Source: Longimicrobiales bacterium (GTDB lineage: Bacteria; Gemmatimonadota; Gemmatimonadetes; Longimicrobiales; Gaopeijiaceae). From it: 64,000 nt of DNA. The stretch is taken from NCBI GenBank assembly GCA_041690395.1, contig JAWLHJ010000001.1, forward strand, positions 416,001-480,000. Direction: 5' to 3'. The notes under the pieces are model-generated. The model searched no databases. It was given only the letters and a program-made list of their open reading frames with translations, and had not been told where the DNA came from. Positions 17,279 to 27,270 of this stretch are shown one piece after another. The translations under genes were made by a program, and so were the position numbers. Each line of letters begins with the position of its first letter. Position 1 is the stretch's first letter.

Positions 17279-18211
17279 ATGAAGCTGAACTCCGAGCTGC
17301 TGGTCGTTCTCTCGGTTCTCGTTCTGATATTCTTGGTGGAGGCAGGGCTCCGTCAGAATCAATCGCTTCTATCGGGGGATGTCGCCCACCTGGAGACCGT
17401 CGACAGCATAGCGGCGGCCGTGGGGCGGGGAGACGGGATCACGGTGCTGTTCTGGGGCAATTCGTTGATTGGTGCGGGCCTGGACCTTCCGGCGACGACT
17501 CGGGCCCTAGGCAACACCCTTGACTCGGAGGTCTCCACGGGCATCGTCCGTCCAGACGGGACGACGCCTTTGGAGTGGCGGTACCTGTTCCGCAAGACGG
17601 TGGTTGCCCAGGAATCCCGGCCCGACGTGCTGGTTCTCGGATTCGGCCCCGGGCACCTGCGCGACCGCCAGGCCGGTGTCGCGCTTTCGCGCCTTGCAGC
17701 CCACCACGTCCGTTCGGCTGACATACCGATCCTGTTTGCGGAGGAGCTGGCCACATTCGAGTCGAGGGCCCGGTTCATGGCGGCTCGATGGCTGGCGATC
17801 GTCGCGCTGGGAGAGCGGATCCGGCCCAGGATCATGGACCTGGTCGTCCCTCGTTACACCGAGCTGGCTCCGATCCTCCTACGGGCACCAACGCCGAAAG
17901 AAGCGTTGGAGACCGCCCGGCCTTCCCCGGAGTACCGCAACCTCGCGGCAATGCTCAGCGACGCTCAGACGGCCGGGATTCGGGTCGTTGCCATTCCCAT
18001 GCCAGCTCCGAACTATTGGTCCCTGGATCCGGAGGAGCGGACGATCCTGCTGGAAGCCGGCGCGGAAATTCTGGATGTGCGGACCCACCTGATTCTATCT
18101 CCCGAGCGGTTTCCGGATGGGGAGCATCTGGATTCAATCGGGCGCCAGATCTTCACCGCAGCCCTCGTTGAGGAGCTGCCTCTCGTCCTCAACCGCTTGG
18201 CGGTGCGATAA
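17279..18211 (+). CDS. Membrane-anchored SGNH-like protein (AlgJ/DltD-like MBOAT partner)
   Basis: N-terminal TM, WGNS block I and DGEHL block V; lies immediately downstream of the MBOAT gene. Confidence 0.75.
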   Translation: MKLNSELLVVLSVLVLIFLVEAGLRQNQSLLSGDVAHLETVDSIAAAVGRGDGITVLFWGNSLIGAGLDLPATTRALGNTLDSEVSTGIVRPDGTTPLEWRYLFRKTVVAQESRPDVLVLGFGPGHLRDRQAGVALSRLAAHHVRSADIPILFAEELATFESRARFMAARWLAIVALGERIRPRIMDLVVPRYTELAPILLRAPTPKEALETARPSPEYRNLAAMLSDAQTAGIRVVAIPMPAPNYWSLDPEERTILLEAGAEILDVRTHLILSPERFPDGEHLDSIGRQIFTAALVEELPLVLNRLAVR

Positions 18212-18355
18212 CCGGTCGCGCTCTTGGATACACCGGACTCAAGAGGTGCCGGGGTTCGTAAGCGCTTGTTTTGCCGCATACCCCCTTCCTAGGTTGCTGC
18301 GCTCCCAGCAGGGAGCGATCGAATCCCGGCTCCTCCCTTCTCTCGGTTCGAAACT

Positions 18356-19474
18356 ATGTCGAAATCGGAACAGCATCGCACGGTCATGCTGGTCGCCGGC
18401 GCGCGTCCGAACTTCATGAAGATCGCCCCTGTGCTGAAGGCTCTGGACAAGGCGGGGCACCGAACCATTCTGGTTCATACGGGTCAGCATTACGACGACC
18501 GGATGTCCGACTCTTTCTTCCGGGATCTCGACATCCGAGCCCCCGACCATCATCTGAACGTGGGCTCGGGTAGCCATGCCGCCCAGACTGCAAGGATCAT
18601 GGAGGCGTTCGAGCCGGTCCTGCTCGAGGCTCGCCCTGATTGGGTCCTCGTGCCCGGCGATGTCAACTCGACGGTGGCGTGTGCCCTGGTCACCGTGAAG
18701 CTGAAGGAAGAAACAGGTGCCCGGCTCGCTCATCTGGAAGCGGGGCTCAGAAGCTACGACTGGCGCATGCCGGAGGAAGTGAATCGTGTTCTTACGGACC
18801 GGTGTTCGGATCTGCTTCTGATTCCGAGCCGTGACGCAACCGAGAACCTGAGGCTCGAGGGGATCGACGAGAGGCGGGTCGCATTCATCGGCAATGTGAT
18901 GATCGACACGCTACTTGGGAGACTTCCCGCCGCCCGTGAGATCGCGCTCGCCGACGAGATGGGGCTGGATGCGGGGGGGTTCGTAGTGGCGACACTCCAT
19001 CGTCCGTCGAACGTGGACGAGCGGGAACAGCTCGAGGCTTGTCTGCGTGGATTGATGTCCGTGGCCGAAAACGTGCCTGTCGTGCTACCCCTGCATCCGC
19101 GAACCCGAAAACAGATCGAACGCTTCGGCCTCGAAGGGCTCCTCGAGGTACTGCGCGTCACGGAGCCATTGAGCTACCTGCAGATGCTTTCTCTCGTCGA
19201 TGCCTCACAGGCGGTCTTGACTGATTCGGGCGGTGTTCAGGAGGAGACAACCGCTCTCGGTGTCCCCTGTGTGACCTTGAGAGAGCAAACGGAGCGTCCC
19301 ATCACCATCGAAGAAGGCACGAACCGCCTTGCACCCTGGCCCCTGACCGTGGATGGTATCCGAGGCGCCTACGAGGAGGCCGCCGGCGAAGGACGGGTTG
19401 GCGTCGGAGAGCGATCACCCGAAGGATGGGATGGACGGGCGGCCGAGCGCACGGTTGATGCATTGATGCGTTGA
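18356..19474 (+). CDS. wecB: UDP-N-acetylglucosamine 2-epimerase (non-hydrolysing)
   Basis: GARPNFMK, HTGQHYD, GDVNST, HLEAGLRS, PEEVNR, TLHRPSNVD, TDSGGVQEE, TERP. Confidence 0.95.
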   Translation: MSKSEQHRTVMLVAGARPNFMKIAPVLKALDKAGHRTILVHTGQHYDDRMSDSFFRDLDIRAPDHHLNVGSGSHAAQTARIMEAFEPVLLEARPDWVLVPGDVNSTVACALVTVKLKEETGARLAHLEAGLRSYDWRMPEEVNRVLTDRCSDLLLIPSRDATENLRLEGIDERRVAFIGNVMIDTLLGRLPAAREIALADEMGLDAGGFVVATLHRPSNVDEREQLEACLRGLMSVAENVPVVLPLHPRTRKQIERFGLEGLLEVLRVTEPLSYLQMLSLVDASQAVLTDSGGVQEETTALGVPCVTLREQTERPITIEEGTNRLAPWPLTVDGIRGAYEEAAGEGRVGVGERSPEGWDGRAAERTVDALMR

Positions 19475-19501
19475 GACGCGAGGTGGAAGCCGTCGTGCTG
19501 C

Positions 19502-20863
19502 TCAGGGCGCCGACCCTACCGCGGGTGAAGCGGCCCCCTGGTCGAGAACCTCCAGGAGCGCCTCGGCCTGCTGCCGGCCGATGATCTCGCTGGCGACAGG
19601 CTCGATGTGGTAGTCGAAATCATTGTAAAGACGCGGCGAGCCCTCGTAGCGTCGAAGCGGAGTCAGGTTGTCCACGAAGATCCATCCCGCCGCGTCGGCC
19701 TGGTCCCGCAGAGCCCAGTAGAGACCCTCCTCGGTTTGAACCGCCTCCTGCGTGGTGATCGGCAGCCGAGCCATGACTTGGACCAAGGTCGAGTCCGGGT
19801 CGGTCATTTCCACGATCTGGTAGGAGGGGATAGGACTCAGCACCAGCGTGAGATTCGGGTTCTCCGCGCGGATCAGATCCAGGACCGCTCGGGTCCGGCG
19901 AAGGCTCTCTTGGCGAGAACCGGGAAAGTGGTGAAAGAAGAGCTGTTGGTTGAGCATTTGGGCCGAGTACGCGGCGGAGTAGCCGAGGGTGCTCGAGCTG
20001 GCACGCCGCAAGTCGTTCACGTAGGCCAGGACGGACCCGAAGCCCTGCTCCTGTTCGCGTGCAGCGTCCCGGAGGAATCGGAGCCGAAGCAGAATGCCGC
20101 TGACACCGATCGCTTCCCCCGCGGCTCGAACGGCATATAGAATCCTGCTCCGGTTCTCCTCTCCCGGCGCGTCATAGAGATACCAGACCGGATCAGCGAT
20201 CCGGTAGCCGCCGTTCGAGCGGACGAGATAAGGCCGGTCGTCAACGCGTAACAGGTCGTAGAAGTCATTCCCTGTGTAGAGGTTCAGGATCAGAACATCG
20301 GCTTCGTACTCGTCCAACCTCGGCTTGATCGCCAGGTACGCCTGCAGGGGGGAGTACCGTCCCGCCCCGTAGGCATAGGTTGCGGAAGGGGTCCCGGCCG
20401 AATTCAAGGCTGTCTCGGTGAAGCCGAAGTGGGTCCGATCGTTCGGGGCGCAGAGGTCCGTGTGTGAGTCCCCGGTTACTGCAACCTCGAGTCTCTCTCC
20501 AGGGCCCTTCAGGAGGGCAGCCGAGTGCGACGTCCGAAGCCCGTCTTCGTTCCGGGCGTACCGGTAGATCTGTCCGCTCGCAAATTCCGTGCAGACGTCT
20601 TCTCGTTGTTCACCGGTGCGCGGGGCTGCGACCCACCCTATGCCGGCCACGCCGTGGTTCGACGGCGGGGGAAACAGGCCAGTCATGATCAGGGCCAGGT
20701 CCATGACCCCCAGGGTGACTCCTATGATCAAGAGGTAGAGTCCAGACTGCTTGAGAATGGATCTGACTCTGTGCGAGCTCTTCAAGAACGATCTCCTGTC
20801 GCTTTGGCTGGCCGGGGAAAGTCCTATGAACCTATCATCGACCCATCCAGACTCCTCGAGCAT
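19502..20863 (-). CDS. SGNH/GDSL hydrolase-fold protein, membrane-anchored
   Basis: TM segment, RNEDGLR, GDSHT, YTGND and DYH. Start codon uncertain. Confidence 0.75.
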   Translation of the reverse strand: MLEESGWVDDRFIGLSPASQSDRRSFLKSSHRVRSILKQSGLYLLIIGVTLGVMDLALIMTGLFPPPSNHGVAGIGWVAAPRTGEQREDVCTEFASGQIYRYARNEDGLRTSHSAALLKGPGERLEVAVTGDSHTDLCAPNDRTHFGFTETALNSAGTPSATYAYGAGRYSPLQAYLAIKPRLDEYEADVLILNLYTGNDFYDLLRVDDRPYLVRSNGGYRIADPVWYLYDAPGEENRSRILYAVRAAGEAIGVSGILLRLRFLRDAAREQEQGFGSVLAYVNDLRRASSSTLGYSAAYSAQMLNQQLFFHHFPGSRQESLRRTRAVLDLIRAENPNLTLVLSPIPSYQIVEMTDPDSTLVQVMARLPITTQEAVQTEEGLYWALRDQADAAGWIFVDNLTPLRRYEGSPRLYNDFDYHIEPVASEIIGRQQAEALLEVLDQGAASPAVGSAP

Positions 20864-20888
20864 GGAGCGCGGGAAGGGGCCTCCGGCG

Positions 20889-20904
20889 TGGCCTCTACTT
20901 TGCA
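20889..20904 (+). promoter_or_regulatory. Candidate sigma54 -24/-12 promoter for the ligase/SGNH/AT3/GT2 operon
   Basis: TGGCCTCTACTTTGCA, GG-N10-GC spacing. Confidence 0.55.
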
Positions 20905-21104
20905 CTGCAGGCCGCCAGCACCTGGATCCGACGCGCCGTCCGGAGGTAGTCGCCAATGCCAGAATCCACATATCTTACCCTGTCGGGATGCTACTTGGGA
21001 TCCCTGGCCTTTCCCTTGGCCGCCGAAGATTCTCGTCTGGTCCTCGCCGAGTTCCGGCACCATGGTCGGCAACCGAGCGCTTGATGCCCTCACTTTCTAG
21101 TCGT

Positions 21105-22430
21105 ATGCGTGGCCCTCAAACCATCACACGCGGGCGCTCGAGCGCGCCGGCCGGGCGCTCGCACTCGAAGCGGATGGGCCCGATCGAGGGCGCGCTGATC
21201 CTGCTGCTCATCTGGATGTTCTTCGAGTTGGTACGACCGCCCCAGGCGTTCCGCCTGCCGATCCTGATATCGCTCGTCTCCGTCTTCCTATGGATGCAGC
21301 GCGGCCAGAAGCAACTCGGCCGAGCGGGGACATGGTGGTTCGTCCTGCTGGCGGACATGGCGATAATGATTCCCTTCGCCGCCAACAACTTCTCCGTCTA
21401 TTTCCAGACCCGCCTGATGGCCGTGCTGTTCCTGACGCACTGCCTTCCACTTCAGTCAGTGCTGCGACGTCCACGACACGTACGCATGTGGGTCGTTACT
21501 TTCCTGGGGATCGCCACCTACATAGGTATATGGGCCGTCTTCCACGGCGGATATGGGCCCGCAGGAGCCGCTGGCGCGCAGGACGAGAACTATGTAGCCG
21601 CGCTCATGACCATGGCACTGCCGTTCGCGTATTTTCTCCTCCTGACCCAAGAGCGGTGGATCCCACGGCTCCTGCTTTTGTCGTGTATTCTCGTGTTCAT
21701 CGCGGCTATTGCACTCGCCGCGAATCCCTCGCGAGGGGGGTTCCTCGCATTGTGCACGGTGGGGGCCTATGTAATCTTCCGCTCCCCGCGCCGAGGGCTG
21801 GCCGTCGGCGTCCTATCCTTGGCTGCGCTGGCACTCGCTCTGATCGCCGGTCCCTCCTTTTGGGCCGAGATCCAGAACACGACGGACGTAAGCACCGACA
21901 GCACGGGTGGGCTCAGGCTCCGAGCATGGACCGCTGGTCTAAATATGTGGTTCCATCACCCGATCTTCGGTGTGGGGGCAGGCAATTTCCCCTGGCAGCT
22001 GGGCGCCTTCGAGTCCGCTGGCTCGGTGCAAGAACTCGGGCGCTCCTTGGGAGGGATGGCTGCTCACTCCATGTGGGTAGAACTGCTCGCCGATCTCGGA
22101 TTGGTTGGAGTCGTCAGCTTTCTCGCGCTCCTCTGGAGTGCCTGGTCGGGCGCCGAGAGGGTCATCCGGAAGGCAGGGCGACTCGCGCGCTGGAGTAGTG
22201 TCCGGTCGGACCTCCTTCAACTCCGTGCGGTCGCATTTGCGGTCCAGGGGGCCATTCTCGCAGCATCAGTCAGCGGAATATTTCTGTCGATACTCTATTA
22301 CGCTCACATCTGGATCCTTTTCGCTGTGGGAAACGCCCTTCCCTTCGTGCTCGCCAGGATTGAGCGGGCCGAGGCTCCGCCGATGGCTGACATCCTAGCT
22401 TCGCCATCTGCTGTCAGGAGGCATCCCTGA
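21105..22430 (+). CDS. O-antigen ligase / Wzy-like polymerase family membrane protein
   Basis: Multi-TM protein with DENYVA, SRGGFL, R..AW......HPIFGVGAGNF and AHSMWVELLADLGLVG (Wzy_C signature). Start is 21105 or 21174. Confidence 0.85.
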   Translation: MRGPQTITRGRSSAPAGRSHSKRMGPIEGALILLLIWMFFELVRPPQAFRLPILISLVSVFLWMQRGQKQLGRAGTWWFVLLADMAIMIPFAANNFSVYFQTRLMAVLFLTHCLPLQSVLRRPRHVRMWVVTFLGIATYIGIWAVFHGGYGPAGAAGAQDENYVAALMTMALPFAYFLLLTQERWIPRLLLLSCILVFIAAIALAANPSRGGFLALCTVGAYVIFRSPRRGLAVGVLSLAALALALIAGPSFWAEIQNTTDVSTDSTGGLRLRAWTAGLNMWFHHPIFGVGAGNFPWQLGAFESAGSVQELGRSLGGMAAHSMWVELLADLGLVGVVSFLALLWSAWSGAERVIRKAGRLARWSSVRSDLLQLRAVAFAVQGAILAASVSGIFLSILYYAHIWILFAVGNALPFVLARIERAEAPPMADILASPSAVRRHP

Positions 22431-23554
22431 TGCGCTGGAGAACCTGGGTAGGCAATGGTCTGCTGGTTGTGTTGGGGACCGTCATCGCCTTGGCGCTGGC
22501 TGAAGTCGCGGTCCGAACTCTGGCACCGCGTGGAACCTCGATTGCATACTCGGACAGGTATGGGCTGGCGCTCCTCTATCCCGACATCACCCGATATCGA
22601 CCCAGGTTCGATCGCGTGGTGTCCACCAACGATGCGGGAATGAGAGACCGGGACCATGATCGAACCAAGCCAGAGGGCACATTTCGGGTCATGGTGCTCG
22701 GAGACTCCTTCATGGAGGCTCAGCAGGTTGCGTTCGAAGCGTCGATGCCAGCCCTCCTGGAATCGGAATTAGGGGGGCGTACCCCGCAATCAGTAGAGGT
22801 CATCAATGCCGGGGTGAGTGGCTGGGGCACGGATGATCAGCTACGGTATCTCACGGAGTACGGGCTCGCCTATGAGCCTGATCTGATCGTCGTTGCCATG
22901 ACCTTGCACAACGATGTGAGCGACAATCTCCGGCAGTACTGGCATACGCTCAGGGATGGCGAACTGGTCGCTCAGGATCGGGATCCGATCCCATGGCTCA
23001 CGTACAAGAGCCTCCAACTCAAGGCGTTTCTCGCCGTGAACTTCGAGCTCGTACAGGTTGTGCGTGAAGCGCGGCATCTGCGCACCATGCGGGCGGTCGG
23101 ACAGGCTCTCGAATCCCATGTGCATCGATTGTTCAGGGATCCTGCCCCTCAGGAGATCGAGTTCGGCTGGGATCTGACCGAGCAGCTCTTCGGGCGCATG
23201 CAGTCGGTGGCGGCCGACCACGGCGCAAGGGTTGCCGTAGTGCTGTTGCCGATACGTCATCAGCTCTCTGAAGAGATGTTCGACGATGTGATCGGGTCGG
23301 GTCGCACCAGCGACGGATGGGAGCTGGATCGTGAGCGCCCTCAGCGGATCATGCGAGACATCGCCGAGGAGTTGTCCCTTCCCTTGATCGACCTTACCCC
23401 CGGCTTCCGGTCCTGGGTCGCCACCCGGGATGAGCCGTTGTATATCGAATGGGACGGGCACTGGAATGAAGCCGGGCACAGGCTAGCCGCGCAGATCGTC
23501 ACCAGCCGGCTTCAGGAGCTCGACGTGGTTGACGCGCGTCCCCCGAGCCGCTGA
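22430..23554 (+). CDS. SGNH/GDSL hydrolase-fold protein (AlgJ/AlgX-like)
   Basis: TM anchor, NDAGMRD, LGDSF, NAGVSGWG, HND, DGHWNEAGH; TGATG coupling to the upstream gene. Confidence 0.85.
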   Translation: MRWRTWVGNGLLVVLGTVIALALAEVAVRTLAPRGTSIAYSDRYGLALLYPDITRYRPRFDRVVSTNDAGMRDRDHDRTKPEGTFRVMVLGDSFMEAQQVAFEASMPALLESELGGRTPQSVEVINAGVSGWGTDDQLRYLTEYGLAYEPDLIVVAMTLHNDVSDNLRQYWHTLRDGELVAQDRDPIPWLTYKSLQLKAFLAVNFELVQVVREARHLRTMRAVGQALESHVHRLFRDPAPQEIEFGWDLTEQLFGRMQSVAADHGARVAVVLLPIRHQLSEEMFDDVIGSGRTSDGWELDRERPQRIMRDIAEELSLPLIDLTPGFRSWVATRDEPLYIEWDGHWNEAGHRLAAQIVTSRLQELDVVDARPPSR

Positions 23555-24711
23555 TGCGAACTCAGGATACGACTCGCTCTTCGAAGGCCGCTCGGCAACG
23601 GGTTCGTTTTCTGACGATCGACGGCCTGCGGGGTGTAGCCGCGTTCGCTGTCGTCCTGTTCCACCTCGATTTTGCAACGTCGCTGACGTTCGAGAACTGG
23701 GTGCCGCCGGTCGTGTCGTGGGTCTTCCAGCAGGGCTTTCTCGGGGTGGACGTATTCTTCGTCCTGAGTGGATTCGTCATCCCTTACAGCGTGAGGAATT
23801 CTCACCTGTCGCTGGCATTCTTGGGTCGGTTTGCAGTGCGCCGCTCCATTCGCCTGGATCCACCCTACTGGGTGGCCATGGCCCTGGAGATTCTACTGGT
23901 CTATTTGGGCCTTCGGCTGGGGCTCGCGGTGGCGGAGCTCCCTTCGTGGCCGCAGGTTGCGTCTCATTTCTTCTATGCGCAGAACATCCTGGGTTATGGG
24001 GACATCGTCCCCATCTTCTGGACCTTGTGCTACGAGATCCAGTTCTATCTAGGGCTCGTCCTCCTCTTCGTCATCGGCCATGAAGCCCGCAGAGCTCTCG
24101 GCCCGCGAGCCACTCGTTGGCTCGCAGTTCTTGTATTCAGTCTGCTCTTCGTGATTTCGCTGTTCGGGAGATACCACGTCTTCGGGCTGACCATCCATCC
24201 GGGGTTCGCGCTTATCCGGTGGTTCCAGTTCTTCATGGGCACGTGCGTCTTCTGGGTGGTTTCGGGGAAGACTTCCTGGAGGCCGCTCGTGTTGGCGTGG
24301 GCGCTACTCCTCCTGGTGATCGTCATACAGGGACAACCCTTTCTCCAGACCATCCCGATATGGACCTCGGCTCTCCTGTGGTGGTCCTATGAGCGAGACA
24401 AGATGGCTTCCCTACTATCGAACAGGGTGGTGCAGTTCCTCGGCGTGACTTCATACAGTCTGTACCTCTTCCACGCGATCGTGGGATGGCGTTGGATCAG
24501 GCTCGTTGGGCGGTTTGCTGGTGAAGGCGCCCCGTTTCCCCTGGTGCTGGCGGTATTCGTGAGCGGTTGCGGGGTCGCGATCGTGGCGTCGTGGGTGCTT
24601 TGGAAGTACCTGGAGGTCCCCTCGATGCGCTGGAGCAAGCGGGTCGCGCTACCGGAGCGTCCTGCGCCCACAGGATTTACCGAGACTGTAGCGAACCCGG
24701 TGTCGTCGTGA
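23554..24711 (+). CDS. Acyltransferase family 3 (OafA-like)
   Basis: IDGLRGVAA, GVDVFFVLSGF, RRSIRLDPPY, WTLCYEIQFY, SYSLYLFH. Confidence 0.92.
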   Translation: MRTQDTTRSSKAARQRVRFLTIDGLRGVAAFAVVLFHLDFATSLTFENWVPPVVSWVFQQGFLGVDVFFVLSGFVIPYSVRNSHLSLAFLGRFAVRRSIRLDPPYWVAMALEILLVYLGLRLGLAVAELPSWPQVASHFFYAQNILGYGDIVPIFWTLCYEIQFYLGLVLLFVIGHEARRALGPRATRWLAVLVFSLLFVISLFGRYHVFGLTIHPGFALIRWFQFFMGTCVFWVVSGKTSWRPLVLAWALLLLVIVIQGQPFLQTIPIWTSALLWWSYERDKMASLLSNRVVQFLGVTSYSLYLFHAIVGWRWIRLVGRFAGEGAPFPLVLAVFVSGCGVAIVASWVLWKYLEVPSMRWSKRVALPERPAPTGFTETVANPVSS

Positions 24712-25700
24712 CTCCGGGAACGACGTCGTTTGAGGGCGAAGCGGCGGATCTGAGCTTCGTCATTCCCGCTTACAACGAAGCCAACAACATCGGTAGGTGT
24801 GTTCATTCCATAAACGAGCACGTTCCTCACCGATTGGTCCACGAGATCATCGTGGTAGACCATCGCTCGACGGACGACACGTCCTCCGTGGCCCGGGCTG
24901 CCGGAGCCCGGGTCATCCATTGCGACGCATCGACCATCGCCGGTGTGCGAAACCGCGGTGTCAGTCAGGCAAGAGGAACATTCCTGGTCTTCCTGGATGC
25001 GGATTGCGCCCTATCCCCTGCGTGGGGAATCCACATCGAGCCCATCCTGGAGGCTCTGCAGAGGGCGCCCAAGGACTGCGCCGGGTCGCAGGTGTCGCCG
25101 CCGCCCGCCAGCGGCTCTGTTCTCTCCGAGCACTGGTTCGTGCCCTTCACCGAGCGAGCAACCCATCTGGGCTCCGCGCATTTCATATGTCGCCGGGAGA
25201 CTTTTCTGGCCCTTGGCGGCTTCAACGAGCGACTCGAGACGGGCGAGGACTACGACCTTGGGCAACGATTTGTCCGGGCTGGGGGACGGGTTCTGATTGA
25301 GCCCAGGCTTGAGGTATTCCACTACGACTTCCCGTCGACCCTCGGCGAGTTCGTCCGACGCGAACGATGGCACGGTCGTGGCGACGCGATGTCGCCAGGC
25401 TCCGTCCTGCGCTCGAAGGTGGCCCTTGCGAGCCTCATCTTCGTGGCGCTCATCGTCGGGTCGGTCGCCGCGGCAGCTCTGGGGCGCCTGGTGTTGGGCG
25501 CCGCCTTGGCTGCCAGCGTCCTGGCGCTACTGGTCGCGTCCAGCTTCACACGGCTCCGTGGTGTTCCGTGGCGAACGCGACTCTACAGCTTCGGGTTGTT
25601 TGCGGCTTATTACTCGGGTCGCTTCCTGGCCCTCTGGGACGGCGTCAGAGGCCTCTTTCGGTCCAAGCGGGTCAGAGAAGCGCCCGCACAATCTCCATGA
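24708..25700 (+). CDS. Glycosyltransferase family 2
   Basis: VIPAYNE, VVDHRSTD, RNRG, FLDAD, GGFNE...GEDYDL; GTGA overlap with the upstream stop. Confidence 0.9.
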   Translation: MTPGTTSFEGEAADLSFVIPAYNEANNIGRCVHSINEHVPHRLVHEIIVVDHRSTDDTSSVARAAGARVIHCDASTIAGVRNRGVSQARGTFLVFLDADCALSPAWGIHIEPILEALQRAPKDCAGSQVSPPPASGSVLSEHWFVPFTERATHLGSAHFICRRETFLALGGFNERLETGEDYDLGQRFVRAGGRVLIEPRLEVFHYDFPSTLGEFVRRERWHGRGDAMSPGSVLRSKVALASLIFVALIVGSVAAAALGRLVLGAALAASVLALLVASSFTRLRGVPWRTRLYSFGLFAAYYSGRFLALWDGVRGLFRSKRVREAPAQSP

Positions 25701-26970
25701 ACTGGCGACCTGTGAACTCTTCGGAGAAGTGCTCCGGCGGCGGCGGTAACACGGGAGAGCGGCTCACCCGCTCCACGAGGCCCCCCAGTGCGTTGGCAAT
25801 CCCTACCGGCCCGAGGTCCGTGACAACGACGCCCAGGTCATGCTCGCGGACCAAGCGGTCACCGGCGACCGGAGAGATGCTCAGAATGTTTCGCCGTCGC
25901 TCAAGATACTCGAAAAATTTTGCCGGGATCGCGTTTTCCACGCCGGGCTCGCCCGCGGGCTGAAGGAGGAGGAGCGCGTGCGCGTCTCGCTGGAGCTCGA
26001 CGACCTCCACCCGCTCCATCCAGCCGTGTAGGGTCACTGCTTCCGTCAGGCCCAAGGCACGGACGGCTTCCACGACGTTGGCGGGCGCATGACCTACCAG
26101 GATCAGCTCCACGGCCGTGTCGGCCCTGACGTTGTGGTAGCGGAGGCCTTCCAAGAACGCCAGGACGAGCTCGTCCCTTCCATAGGCGAGCGATCCGGCG
26201 TAGACGACTCTCAGCGGTTCCTCGGGTCCTTTTGGAGCCGTCCCGTCGTCCACCTCCTCGAAGGCGTTTGGGACGGTATGGACAGCCTGATCATCCCTGA
26301 ATCGATGAACGCTCTCGACATAGCTCGTGGCCTCCGCGGAGGTGTGGATGATCGCGTGAGAAGACTCCAAGACCTCCCGGACCTCGAGATTGTGCTCTCG
26401 TATCCGGCGCGCTTCCGGGCGCAGTGCGCCAAAGGAACCGGAGGCATCTGGCAGGGGCAGCCAGATGTCTCGAAAGTCGGCGACAACGGGAATTCCTTGC
26501 GCGACGGTCTCCCGCAATGCCGGAACGACGGCCGGAAGCGGTGGGATGCCGAGGACGACCGCCGCATAGCCTCGGGCCCGTAGGAGTTCGCTGACCCGTA
26601 CCGCGGCTCGCTCGCCCCATCTACCCGTCCAGTCTCGTGTGCCAGTGAGCCACTCTGCGTACGCCCGGGCCTTCCACCAGACTCTTCCCACCGTCGCGTG
26701 GGGGACACGCCCCGGATCGCGGCCAAATACGAACGGCGTGGATATCCGTGTGACCTTCGCTTCGTCATGAACCAGGCTCAGCTGACTGGGGTCAGGCTGA
26801 CTCGTCGAAGGTCTCCCCCATCCGTCGAAGTCCTCGGGCAGCGGCGCGCCACACACGACATCCACGCTCCACCCCTGCTCACACAGGTACCGTGCAAGGC
26901 GCCCGGGCCGTCGGGCGCCGACCTCCCGAGATGGAGGAAAATGATACGCGACGATGAGAATCCGTGGCAT
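25672..26970 (-). CDS. Glycosyltransferase family 4-like
   Basis: ILIVAYHFPP...GARR, DFRDIW, VPNAF, YAGSL, IPAKFFEY. Confidence 0.85.
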   Translation of the reverse strand: MPRILIVAYHFPPSREVGARRPGRLARYLCEQGWSVDVVCGAPLPEDFDGWGRPSTSQPDPSQLSLVHDEAKVTRISTPFVFGRDPGRVPHATVGRVWWKARAYAEWLTGTRDWTGRWGERAAVRVSELLRARGYAAVVLGIPPLPAVVPALRETVAQGIPVVADFRDIWLPLPDASGSFGALRPEARRIREHNLEVREVLESSHAIIHTSAEATSYVESVHRFRDDQAVHTVPNAFEEVDDGTAPKGPEEPLRVVYAGSLAYGRDELVLAFLEGLRYHNVRADTAVELILVGHAPANVVEAVRALGLTEAVTLHGWMERVEVVELQRDAHALLLLQPAGEPGVENAIPAKFFEYLERRRNILSISPVAGDRLVREHDLGVVVTDLGPVGIANALGGLVERVSRSPVLPPPPEHFSEEFTGRQFMEIVRALL

Positions 26971-27270
26971 CAGGATGTCGGGAGTGGGTAAGCGCTCGAG
27001 CGTGGAATCATCACGTTATCCTATACGCTGCGGAACGGACATGCCTGAACGGTCACGAGTCGCGCAGTACCTGAGTGCCGATTATCCTCGTCATGGAGCG
27101 CAGGAAGCCGTAGATTCCGTTCTTCCTCGAACCCTTGTCCTCTTGGGTCCCAATCAAGACGGAGTGGCAGCCAGCGTTCCGGGCGCCATCGGCCGAGAGC
27201 GACCGTCGAAGACCGCTAGCACGGAACTTGCGAGCGGATTGCCTTCGATCCCCCTCAATAGCTTTGAGCC

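Noticed and set aside
20751..21104. Overlapping 5' extensions of the divergent SGNH and ligase ORFs
   Set aside because: They do not look protein-like and they cover a candidate promoter region.
27217..27232. TAGCACGGAACTTGCG upstream of the ABC transporter as a sigma54 promoter
   Set aside because: Otherwise a very good match, but it has AG in place of the near-invariant -24 GG, so it was not counted. The same applies to the minus-strand GCGCACGTTTCTTGCA near 60172-60187.
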